The notes under the pieces were generated by a model that saw only the letters and a list, made by a program, of their open reading frames with translations, was not told the DNA's origin and ran no database searches. The translations under genes and the position numbers were made by a program. A stretch of 64,000 nt of DNA from Mobula hypostoma. Taxonomy: Eukaryota. How positions within the stretch are numbered: the first letter of the stretch is position 1; each line of letters begins with the position of its first letter. The stretch lies in contig NC_086108.1 of assembly GCF_963921235.1 (NCBI RefSeq), forward strand, positions 24,304,001 through 24,368,000. The letters run 5' to 3'. Of the stretch, positions 1 through 10,945 are shown one piece after another.

Positions 1-2
1 CT

Positions 3-30
3 CTATAAAAAAAGGAAAGAGATGAAATAT
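3..30 (-). promoter_or_regulatory. Candidate 3' splice acceptor of a minus-strand exon lying left of the window
   Basis: Minus strand atttcatctctttcctttttttatAG|ag: a long polypyrimidine tract followed by YAG. Confidence 0.3.
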
Positions 31-284
31 CTTCGGACGCTGAGGCAAAAATGGACACTTGTCAGTAAGGGAGATAGCTGCATACAAGAAACGGACAAGT
101 GATTTATGTGACTTAGGTATCTTTGCAGTTATAGAAGTTCAGTTTCAGGGCAGCTGTGTCCATGGGCACTGCATCAGAGTGATGTCTTGTAAACTTCTGT
201 CAGAGATGGGGGAGAGGGGGACATAATGCTGAGTGGATCTGCAAGTCAACTGATCTTGCTATCTTGAGTTATGTGGTAGTATGT

Positions 285-430
285 TTTAAGAGACTCCTGG
301 ATAGGTACATGGAACTTAGAAAAATTGAGGGCTATGGGTAACCTTAGGTAATTTCTAAGTAAGTTCATGTTCGGCACAGCATTGTGGGCCCAAGGGCCTG
401 TATTGTGCTGTAAGTTTTCTATTGTTTCTA
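285..430 (+). mobile_element. CR1 LINE 3' end fragment
   Basis: Encodes FKRLLDRYMELRKIEGYG (CR1 ORF2 C-terminus), then the 3'UTR gggcccaagggcctgtattgtgctgt and a ttctattgtttctat tail. Homologous to 57490-57820. Confidence 0.8.
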
Positions 431-2750
431 TATTGCTGCCAATATTTTCTGCCATGACTCATTATTATTTTATCTCCTTCTTAAGTCTCCCAGGGAATCC
501 CACACCAAAGTAGCTTCAGGAATAGATTTCAATGTAGAATTCCAGTAAGGAAAATAAGTTGAGAAAATAGAAGTTATAATTCACCTCACAAAACTCAGGG
601 AAATGTTGTTGCTCTTAACTTTTCTCTTCCATCTGAATCAAGCAACAGGGGACCTGTCATATTACTTTCAATTTTTCTAGAGTGTTATAGTGGCATAAAA
701 TCACATTAATATTCAAACAAAAACTGCAGTACTTGGCCGTATAGATCAGCAAAGCTGTCAAAAATAGAGGAAACAAATTGCAAGTGCTCATTGGGAACTT
801 GTACTTATGTAGTTCCCCTGGAGATATTGGTATAGATGTCCCAACACCTGGTAAAAGAGGCAGTGAATTAAAAGGGATAGATGCAAAATTCCACAACTTT
901 GCAGCTGAAGCCAAGGGAGATCATATTTTGGTAGTAAATTATGAATTTTCTTATTTTTATAAGTTCAATAACTGCAATATGGATCATGAATGATTTAAAG
1001 GAAGGGAATTTAGGACCAAGAACATTGGACTGATTGTGACATCTACTAGAGACAAGTGGCCAAGTGATGCACAAGATATCACAAACGTTTGTAGATATGT
1101 AAAACAGTTGTGGGAGCAATGTGAGGTCTGTCAATAAAAAAAAGTGGAAGTATTTAAAGAAAAAGCTATAAGACTAAGCTAAACATAACCCCATTTTCAG
1201 GACAGGGTGAAAAAAAAGAAATTAAATAACAATGGCCATGCAGGTTTGCCTATGTTGGGCAAAAACATAGTAAATTGGTGGCAGTTATACGTCATGTGGA
1301 TTCAGAGCTGTCTACTAATACACTAATCATAAACAATAGCTGAACACTGAGACGCATGGAAGAATTTGAAAATAATTGAATGTGGAAAATGTTCCAATGA
1401 TAAACTCATTCTGCCAAATATAATAGCTTTGTTCATATTTCTGGTTATTTGAGTTCAGAGCTTGGTTGATTAATCTATTGAAACACCTTTAAATGTGTAT
1501 TAAATGACTAATTCTGCAGTATGGGCACATTATCTCTGGTTCAATAAGATTTGAATATATATTTTTTCATCAACATTCTTAATTCTGCAGGACAATGGGA
1601 GTTGCAGGGCATAGTCAGAACTGGAGACAAATATTGATTTCTTTCCTGTTAACATGCTTTCTCAGGCTCATGCTGTGCAGTAGAGAATGCTTAGATTATT
1701 AAGAGTCAAATTCTGATGATATTACATTAACCTTATAGCAAGAATAAAAAAATAAATGATGTTCTAGATTTGGGATCTTTTTCATAATGTAACAGCATGA
1801 ATAGTCTAAGAACTGCTTAACACAATCCTTAAAACAATGCGGCTTTTTAAAAAAAAGTACCTCAGGGCAAATTTTCTGGGTGATCTACAACATCAATATT
1901 TGAGGTCATAATTATACTTAGTCACTTTCTTCAGCCAGGAATCTGGTATTCATCTCATACCAAATTTTAAAAGTAGATACTTCATTTAAATACCTATCGT
2001 ACCAAGATTAACAGGCAAATGGAGGAAAATATTTTTTTCTCTGGCGAAGTCTCAAAGCCCTCATTGATTACTGGGAATCATTGACCTGTTGATGCTCAAA
2101 GGAGAGAAGGAGCAACTGGGATGTTATTGAAAGCTTCGAGCTTCTGCAACAGTAGTGCACGGAAGCTTCTGGTAACTGACAGATCATAAACTCTTCACCA
2201 TTCCACCATTCCCATCATTGGAAGAGTCTGATGTTTCCATATTCACCTCAGAACCAGAGTCGTCCTTGATCCAAAGGGACTGTGTCAGAACATGAGTATC
2301 ACAGACCAGATCACCAGGACATTTAAGTGTTAGATATTTCTTTGTATCTCTTTCTACTCTTAGTCTGTGGTGGCAGCAGGTTTTTTGACAGGAAATGCAA
2401 GTTGTGTACAATGTACACCATGTAAAGGCAAACTGTTCACTTTCAGCTTGTGCCATGTGGTTTGAGAATATCTCAATGTCACTATCTTTAAATATATACC
2501 AAGCAAGATAACAAATAAAGAAAAAGGCATATACTTCCTTTGGATTTTGGAAGCTACTCCTAAGGGGGTAGAAGTACGTAACTATCAATGAACTGTTACT
2601 AATCTATGGTGACATTGTTATGCAACAACCTATGTTTCTCGCAGGTAACCAACAAACAACAGGAATTCTGCAGATGCTGGAAATTCAAGCAACACACATC
2701 AAAGTTGCTGGTGAACGCAGCAGGCCAGGCAGCATCTCTAGGAAGAGGTG

Positions 2751-2787
2751 CAGTCGACGTTTCAGACTGAGACCCTTCGTCAGGACT
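2751..2787 (-). ncRNA. Minimal hammerhead ribozyme motif in PLE terminus (stem II degenerate)
   Basis: Minus strand reads AGTC-CTGACGA-agggtctcagtct-GAAA-CGTC-GACT. It has the CUGANGA and GAAA cores, a GUC triplet and stem I AGTC/GACT. Confidence 0.75.
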
Positions 2788-3457
2788 AACTGAAGGAAGA
2801 GTGAGTAAGGGATTTGGAAGTTGGAGGGGGAGGGGGAGATCCAAAATGATAGGAAAAGACAGGAGGGGGAGGGATAGAGCCAAGAGCTGGACAGGTGATT
2901 GGCAAAAGGGATACGAGAGGATCATGGGACAGGAGGTCCGGGAAGAAAGACAAGGGTGGGGGGGACCCAGAGGATGGGCAAGGGGTATATTCAGAGGGAC
3001 AGAGGGAGAAAAAGGAGAGTGAGAGAAAGAATGTGTGTATAAAAATAAGTAACAGATGGGGTACGAGGGGGAGGTGGGGCATTAGCGGAAGTTAGAGAAG
3101 TCGATGTTCATGCCATCAGGTTGGAGGCTACCCAGACAGAATATAAGGTGTTGCTCCTCCAACCTGAGTGTGGCTTCATCTTTATAGTGGAGGAGGCCGT
3201 GGATAGACATGTCAGAATGGGAATGGGATGTGGAATTAAAATGTGTGGCCACTGGGAGATCCTGCTTTCTCTGGCGGACAGAGTGTAGACGTTCAGCAAA
3301 GCGGTCTCCCAGTCTGCGTCAAGTCTCGCCAATATATAAAAGGCCACATTGGGAGCACCGGACGCAGAATATCACCCCAGTCGACTCACAGGTGAAGTGT
3401 CGCCTCACCTGGAAGGACTGTTTGGGGCCCTGAATGATGGTAAGGGAGGAAGTATAA

Positions 3458-3972
3458 ACATAGAAAACATAGAAAACATAGAAAATAGGTGCAGGAGTAG
3501 GCCATTCGGCCCTTCGAGCCTGCACCACCATTTATTATGATCATGGCTGATCATCCAACTCAGAACCCCGCCCCAGCCTTCGCTCCATACCCCCTGATCC
3601 CTGTAGCCACAACTCCCTAACTCCCTCTTAAATATAGCCAATGAACTGGCCTCAACTGTTTCCTGTGGCAGAGAATTCCACAGATTCACCACTCTCTGTG
3701 TGAAGAAGCTTTTCCTAATCTCGGTCCTAAAAGGCTTCCCCTTTATCCTCAAACTGTGACCCCTTCTTCTGGACTTCCCCAACATCGGGAACAATCTTCC
3801 TGCATCTAGCCTGTCCAATCCCTTTAGGATTTTATATGTTTCAATCAGATCCCCCCTCAATCTTCTAAATTCCAACGAGTACAAACCCAGTTCATCCAGT
3901 CTTTCTTCATATGAAAGTCCTGCCATCCCAGGAATCAATCTGGTGAACCTTCTTTGTACTCCCTCTATGGCA
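3458..3972 (-). mobile_element. Young CR1 3' fragment nested in the PLE
   Basis: Encodes AIEGVQRRFTRLIPG...FFTQRVVNLWNSLP and ends in a (tttctatgt)3 tail. Flanked by aggaagtataa (3447-3457) and aggaagtgtaa (3973-3983). Nearly identical to 49240-49753. Confidence 0.93.
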
Positions 3973-5254
3973 AGGAAGTGTAAGGGCATGTGTAGCACTT
4001 GTTCCGCTTACACGGATAAGTGCCAGGAGGGAGATCAGTGGGGAGGGATGGGAGGGACGAATGGACAAGGAAGTTGCGTAGGGAGCGATCCCTGCGGAAT
4101 GCAGAGAGGGGGGGGAGGGAAAGATGTGCTTAGTGGTGGGATCCTGTTGGAGGTGGCGGAAGTTACGGAGAATAATATGTTGGACCTGGAGGCTGGTGGG
4201 GTGGTAGGTGAGGACCAGGGGAACCCTATTCCTAGTAGGGTGGTGGGAGGATGGAGTGAGAGCAGATGTATGTGAAATGGGAGAGATGCATTTAAGAGCA
4301 GAGTTGATAGTGGAGGAAGGGAAGCCCCTTTCTTTAAAAAAGGAAGACATCTCCCTCGTCCTAGAATGAAAAGCCTCATCCTGAGAGCAGATGCGGCGGA
4401 GACGGAGGAATTGCAAGAAGGGGATGGCGTTTTTGCAAGAGACAGGGTGAGAAGAGGAATAGTCCAGATAGCTGTGAGACTCAGTAGGCTTATAGTAGAC
4501 ATCAGTGGATAAGCTGTCTCCAGAGACAGAGACAGAAAGATCTAGAAAGGGGAGGGGCGTGTCGGAAATGGACCAGGTAAACTTGAGGGCAGGGTGAAAG
4601 TTGGAGGCAAAGTTAATAAAGTCAACGAGCTCAGCATGCGTGCAGGAAGCAGCGTCAATGCAGTCGTCGATGTAGCGAAGGAAAAGTGGGGGACAGATAC
4701 CAGAATAGGCATGGAACATAGATTGTTCCACAAAAAGATTGTTCTCACAGGTATTAGTTGATTCACTATTGTCCAGCATTCCTAGAGGAACTCTTACTTT
4801 GAATCATCCCAACATTCATCTGACAGACAAGGCCCTTTAAAGTCTTACTCAAATGCCAACTCCTCTGGCAGCACAGCAGTATTTTTATCCAATACTGGAA
4901 TGCCAGTGTAGATTAGGTTCACGAATCGTTAAGTCAGAAGCAGGAAAGTTGCCCTTTGTACCTCAGCTGACTTGTCAGGTTGAGACCCTGCATTAGGTCC
5001 TAATGCTTCTTTGAGTCCGAGAGACAAACGGAGAGACTTAGGCTGACCATTAAACGTTTACCAACACCAATCCAAATTATATTCTTCTTTATTTCTGTTC
5101 ACTGACCTATAGACAAAGAGCAACTTACAATGGCTGATTAACTGGGTGGAATGGTAGAGTACTGATCAGTGTAATGCTATTATCCTTGTTCGTTTTCCAC
5201 CACTGTCCACGCCCAGCAATCTCCCGACTTAACCCTAGCCTAGCAATAGAAGGA

Positions 5255-5566
5255 CAATTTACAATGACCAATTAACCTACCAACTGGTACATCTTTGGAA
5301 TGGGAGGAAACCGGAGCACATGAAGAAAACGCATGTGATCACAAGGAGAATGTACAAGCACCTTACAGACAGTGGCAGGACTGTAAAGAGTTTGTATGTT
5401 CTCCCCGTGACTGAGTGGTTTTCCTCAGGATGCTCTGGCTTCCTCCCACATTCCAAAGATGTACCAGGCAGCGTGGGTTGATTGGCCACGTGGGTGTAAT
5501 CAGGCAGCGCAGGCTCATTGGGATGGAAGGGCCTGTTACTGTGTTGTATCCCTAAAATAAAAATAA
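5255..5566. mobile_element. Two V-SINE (HE1-like) fragments fused head-to-head
   Basis: 5381-5566 on + carries the V-domain-like gtttgtatgttctccccgtgactgagtggttttcctcaggatgctctggcttcctcccacattccaaagat and an A-rich tail. 5255-5380 is the same domain on the minus strand. A further degenerate copy lies at ~5575-5700. Confidence 0.7.
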
Positions 5567-6623
5567 AACTTATCATGACTTTGGGATTTGGGAGGAAATG
5601 GGAGCATTTGGAGGAAGCCCACAGTCAAAGTAATAATGTGCAAACCCCACACACAGAGCAGCAGAAGAATTGAACATAGTTTGCTAGACCTGTGAGTCAT
5701 CAGCTCCATCCTCTACTCATTTACAAAATCTACCAGTAGCAATGCCCCTCTAGTGCTTTCTTTTCCCCCTTCAGAGATGAATTAGTAAAATAAAACCTCT
5801 CACTATAACAGAGGAAAAGTATGGTCACAACATTGCTGAACTCTGTGGAAAGTTTGGGATGGGATAGTTTGAAAGAAATTATCAATAACAGTGATATAAG
5901 AGGTGTCAGCTGTTCTTTCACTAGCACATGCACCATTTGACTTGAAATGTAGTTCAGGCTTTTTCTTTAAACCTACCTGTTCCATCCGCATAGTTCTGAG
6001 CTCCTTGTACGTTCAATCCATATAAGAAGTCAAACAGCTTCTAACTTTTAATCCTTCAAACACTTCAGGACCAATTTCAATCCTCAGTAAAACCAGCAAT
6101 ACATGGAGAGTTTACTGCCGTCTAAACCAAGAGAGTTTATATGGTCATGTGTACTTCTTTCACATGATGTAATAATTGTGAATTACTTAGAAGCTTTTAT
6201 TTACACTTTTTGATTTGAAAGCAAAGCCGAATATTAAATATGAAAGATAAATCCAAAAACTGGTACTGACCTTGAGAACACTTACTATCTATTATTATCA
6301 TTCTGATGCAGCTAATCACATTTCGTGTTCTCTCTTGTCTTCATACCAACAATTAGGTTGCACATATTGTACCGCTTTTAGTGCACCATTGATTGATGAT
6401 GCAGTCAATGAGGTACATCAGTTCCTCTTAAAATTAGGCTTTGCAAGGAATTCCACCTGCAATTGCTTATTTAAAATCCTATGCTTATTCCAAAGTGGTT
6501 TGCAGAGTAAGTTGGCATATTCATAATATATACCTGCAGGCAATTTCAAACATTTAGCAGATGTGAAAGGTGAAAATCTGAAGGCCTTATTACACTGAAG
6601 CTGATCTCTTGCTTCTTTCAAGT

Positions 6624-7170
6624 ACAAGAGATTCTGCAGATGCTGGAAATCTGGAGCAAAACAAATAAAGTGCTGGAGGACCTCAGCAAGTCAGGCAGTA
6701 CTTATGGAGAGGAATTAACAGTTGATTCTGGTGAGAAGAAAAATAGGGGGAGGGGGATGGAGGAAGAAGCTGGGAGGGTATAGGTGGAAGAGGTAGCGAG
6801 CTGAAGAAAAATACAATCTAATAGGAGAGGACACTGGACCACGGGAGAAAGAGAAGGAGGAATATGAGGTGTAGCCTCCAACCTGATGGCGCAAACATCC
6901 ATTTCTTGAACTTCTAGTAACGTCTCTTCCTCCCTCTTTCTCTCGTCTATTCCTCATTCCAGTTATTCCTTCTCATCTCCTCATGCCCATTATCTCTCTT
7001 TGGTTCCTCTTTGCCTCACCTACCACTTGCTAGCTTGAATTCCTCCCCTTACCCCCCGCCCTCATTTATGCTCCCTTTCTTCCCAGTCCCGATGAAGGGT
7101 CTCAGCTAGAAATGTTTATTCCCCTCCATTCATGCTGCCTGAGCTGCTGAATTCCTCCAACATTTGGTGT
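6624..7170. mobile_element. Non-coding PLE-derived element made of two inverted terminal-repeat halves
   Basis: 6624-6870 matches the PLE 3' terminus in minus orientation (gattctgcagatgctggaaat...). 6870-7170 matches it in plus orientation and includes a degenerate hammerhead, cagtcccgatgaagggtctcagctagaaatgt. Confidence 0.7.
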
Positions 7171-7234
7171 GGGTTTTTGCTACTTCGTTTATTTGCCCCT
7201 TCATTTTCAACTCTGCTCTTTTAAAGGTCTTGAC

Positions 7235-7313
7235 CAGGGGTTCCTAACCTGGAGTCCATGGACACCTTGCTTAATGATATTGGTCCATGGCATAAAAAGG
7301 TTGGGAACGGCTG
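7235..7313. mobile_element. 79-bp hAT-Charlie-type MITE
   Basis: TIRs caggggttcctaacct / aggttgggaacggctg. The 8-bp TSD gtcttgac (7227-7234) / gtctggac (7314-7321) resembles the Charlie target NTCTAGAN. Confidence 0.8.
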
Positions 7314-8374
7314 GTCTGGACATAATTCACAAACATGCGATGCCTTTGCTTGGTAAGAGGGGCCATTAAAGCAAATTCAAGCATCCTCATGTACATCAAT
7401 GTTTCCCTTACGCAATTTGTTAATAAAGGAACTCTCATGGATTTTGGAGGAGTATAGCAATAGTATTTTTACAATGGTTTATTATCAAATATGAAGTACA
7501 GATGTCGCCTATTTCAGAAATGCACGCACTGATAAAGGCTAAAACATCCAAAGCAAGGTTCCAACAAGGTTATAATTCATTGTTGCAGAAGTTGGCCACT
7601 TGGCCTATCATTCTGGTGGTAGGAGTCATGCTGAACAGAAAAAGAAATAAGCTTTACCTCAAAGTGATTAGATGCTGGAAAGTTTAGAATTCGTAAGCTA
7701 TTACGGACAAACATCGACAGAATAGTGTACTGCTGTTTTCCAGAACTGCAAACATCCCTGCACTTAAATTCAGGCAAATTCAAGGCTCCAAGGCAGGCCT
7801 TGGCAAAAGTGAAAGACTTTGCAGTCCTTTGCTGATGATTCTACAGTATGCACTGATGTGACATTTCCAAATAAAGCAGTGACTTAAGGCAATTCCCCCA
7901 CAGATGCTGATTAGTCTGCTCCAACATTGAATGTCTTCTATATTCTTGTACTTTTTTTACTTGCTTAATTTTTAATAGTCTTGAAATGTGTTTCTGAATA
8001 TCAGAAATATATAGAACACTTCTAACAAGCTAAGGAAGTGAGGCGCATTTTGGACCACAACAGTTATTTATGAGTTCTGATGATGGGTCATGGACTAAAA
8101 TTTTGGCTGTTTGTTTCCTCCATGGATGCTACTTGACTGGCTGAGTTTCTCCGGCTTTGTGGATGTGTTATTCAGATATTTTTTGGCTGTTTCAGGGGTG
8201 AAATTTGTCCTGTCTGCGCATTTGCCATCCCACATGTGAAGGTATTTCACACAGAGTCTTATCATTCAGGTTAGAATAAGCTTTGTCAAGCAAAATCTCA
8301 ACGGGTTACGTGGGAGAAGCAAATGGGGACACAGTTGAGAGAACACAGTCAGCCATGGTGAGGTCTCATGCAAA

Positions 8375-8905
8375 CTCAAAAGAACAACATCTCATATTCT
8401 AATTGGAGAGCCTTCCGCTCAATGGTAACAAATAACCCCTATGTTCATTTACCATCCTCACCAAATCACATAGTATCTCTATTCCTTTGTTCACTTTTCC
8501 CTTCCCTTCCAACCTCTTCTTCCTCTTTGTTACTTGGGCTCAGTAACCTCCCTCAGTTGCTGCCATCTGCCCATCACCAGCTTACCTATCCACCTCAGTT
8601 TCTTCTTCCTTGATTCCCCTTTCCTATCTTCCCATCATCCCTCCCTTATCTTGTTCCACCTACCATCTACCAGCCTCTGTCTCCACTCTCCCCTAACTGG
8701 TTTACCTGCCTAATCAACCCCCTACCCCTCATCTTTTCCCACCTATCACCTGCTAGTCCTCATCTCATCATTCTCTCACACTTCTTCATATGAGTTAATT
8801 TTCCCTCAACATATTCTGTCCCAATGCAGGGTCTTAGCCCAAAACACCAACAATCTCACTGCTTCCATTTGCCTTACCTGATGAGTTCTTTCAACTTTTA
8901 GTTTC
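8375..8905 (+). mobile_element. Old PLE 3' remnant
   Basis: aaactcaaaagaacaacatctcatattc resembles the LEEQHLIF motif. A pyrimidine-rich tract and a degenerate hammerhead region (cccaatgcagggtcttagcccaaaac) follow. Confidence 0.5.
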
Positions 8906-9349
8906 TCACTAGTCTCAGCTCAACACCAGCTATAAGACCTGGACCAGTGAATGAACAGTGGGTGTTTGAGTGTATGTGCACTGCTAAGGTGTGAGTTAAG
9001 ATTAAATAAATAAGAGAGAGTGCTGGAAAGCAGGCACAAGAATACAGATAATCAATTATCAATTATCCAGTCAATCTCAGGTCAAGATGGCTGCAGCAAA
9101 CAATGTTTTCTTGGGTGGCATCCAGAAGACAAATCATTTCAGTTTTTTACATCTTCTAATTATTCTTCATTACTTTCATTTTGTTTTGAAAGCATTGAAG
9201 CCTGAGAGTTACAGTCTGTAGTTGGATCAAGTGAGCTAGTACTCTGCTGTCCCCCCGAGAAAAATCCAGGAGAGAAATGCAAGCATGATCTACCATGAGG
9301 AGAAGCTCAAAAGACGTGACGGGGGCGGGGGGGGCAGCGTAATCGACTA

Positions 9350-9680
9350 CATTTCTTATTGCTTAAAGCGTCGAGCTCTCACCCATTCTTTCTTGGTGCT
9401 GATTGGCAGGCTAGGGGTTTGGGGTTTGACGGTCTTCTTGTTATTTCTCCATGTGGGAGAACTGTTAGTTTTTGTGCGAGGGAGAGATTTGGTGGGGGGG
9501 GGGGGTTGGGATTTGTGAGTTTTTGTTTCTTCTCCTTTTCGTGTGGGGGGTGGGATTGATGTCCTTCTTTTGGTTTCTTCTATGGTTTTCTGTATTTTAT
9601 GGCTATCCGAAGAAGACAAATCTCAGAGTTATATTCTGCATACCTACGTTGATAATAAAAAAAACCTTTGAACCTTTGAA
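9350..9680 (+). mobile_element. Non-autonomous retroelement / LINE 3'UTR with (cctttgaa)n tail
   Basis: GT-rich body ending gaagacaaatctcagagtt...gataataaaaaaacctttgaacctttgaa. The terminus is related to 53200-53255. Confidence 0.5.
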
Positions 9681-10117
9681 TTTTTTTTGCAGAATTTTAT
9701 TCTTCCCCATGCATTTCTCAGGTCACAATTCAATACTAATGTCAGACAAAGCCAAAGGTGAAAAAGACATTGCACAGAATTGAAGATTGGGCAATTGCCA
9801 TCTGGGATGGAAGCAGTTGCTGCAACCTGATTAAACTTGGCTTTCATGTAAATGCCAACTATCTGGCAGCTTCTCCATAGCCCAATTGCACTGTTTGCAA
9901 ATGCATATTTTGCCTTACTCCTCTCTATTATTGATCATAGTTGACCCTTACCATGCTCCATTTTATTCAATAATTGAATGAAGAGCGATTGTCATGATGT
10001 GAGTTAGGACTAATTTCAGCTAAACGGAAATCAGTTGATAGAAATGCTTTGATAATTTTTGCTTCCCAAGAAACCAGAGTAAATCCTTTGCTCTGTACAA
10101 ACTACTTGATTAAATTA

Positions 10118-10945
10118 CAGGTCCACAATACCTTATCCAAAATCCTTGGGGCCACTTGCATTTCGGAATTCAGAATTTTTTGGATTTCAGACCCCCCCGC
10201 CAATACCAAAAGATATGTATGCTCAAGTCCCTTCTTTAACCTGTCTCAGTGCGGTGGACTTTAAGACGCAGCGGTGCACCAAACCTATGCTCATCCTCCC
10301 GTATACTTTAAATCATCTCTAGATTACTTATAATACCTAATACAATGTAAATGCTAAGTAAATAATTGTTATAATGCATTGTTTAGGGAATAATGTCAAG
10401 AAGAAATTTTATTTCCAACAAAAACATTCAATAAAACATAAAAATATACAGCTTCAAATGAACCGAATCAAACACATGGTAAATGACTTATTGGAATAAA
10501 TGTAGAACGTCACTGTCACTGTAAAACTTCAGTAACTTGTCTTTCTGTTTACTTAAATTATATGCAGTGGTAGTTCTGACACTATTTTCTTCAGTAAGAT
10601 GCCGCATGGACACACCACGATCAAGCTTCTGCAATAACTCCACTTTCTGCGTTATTGATAGAGAAGATTCCTTCTTTTTTTCTCATTGTTACCCATAGAG
10701 GTATCTGCAGCTCTTTTTGACATTCTCACAGTGAAATTACACACAAAGTCAACAGTGAACACAAAATATCAGCGAACAGCAAATGCACGTGTAACTAATA
10801 TGAGTGCTGAGCCACAACCGACGTCTGGCGGCCTCTGCTAGTCCTGCCACATCACACCTGAATGACGTCAGCTGTTGGCAAAAAAAGACTTCGGTTTTCG
10901 GAGCTTTTCGGATTTCAAAATTTCGGATAAAGGAATGTGCACCTG
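10118..10945 (-). mobile_element. Tigger/pogo-family DNA transposon, internally deleted
   Basis: TIRs caggtccacaataccttatccaaaat / atttcggataaaggaatgtgcacctg, with TA on the left. Minus strand 10510-10723 encodes a frameshifted MSKRAADTSMGNNEKKRR/LSITQKVELLQKLDRGVSMRHLTEENSVRTTTAYNLSKQKDKLLKFYSDSD (CENP-B/Jerky-type HTH). Confidence 0.85.

Larger units (their letters stand above)
2648..4741 (-). mobile_element. Penelope-like retroelement, 5'-truncated (RT C-terminal part + GIY-YIG endonuclease + terminal repeat), interrupted by a CR1
   Basis: ORF 3907-4779 has FLRYIDDC, LKFT, LPFLDL and VYYKPT (PLE RT). GIY-YIG motif VIFCVRCSQCGLLYIGET lies at ~3320-3380. Flanked by a near-perfect 12-bp direct repeat, ttctcgcaggta (2636-2647) / ttctcacaggta (4742-4753). 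Confidence 0.92.

Noticed and set aside
2184..2588. 134-aa Cys-rich minus-strand ORF
   Set aside because: No recognisable domain and a weak splice context, so it cannot be supported as a CDS.
3405..3998. 197-aa ORF apparently fusing PLE and CR1 sequence
   Set aside because: Read-through across the junctions of a nested CR1 insertion, not a real fusion gene.
10510..10723. Domesticated JRK/TIGD gene
   Set aside because: Only the frameshifted HTH N-terminus is present, enclosed by TIRs.
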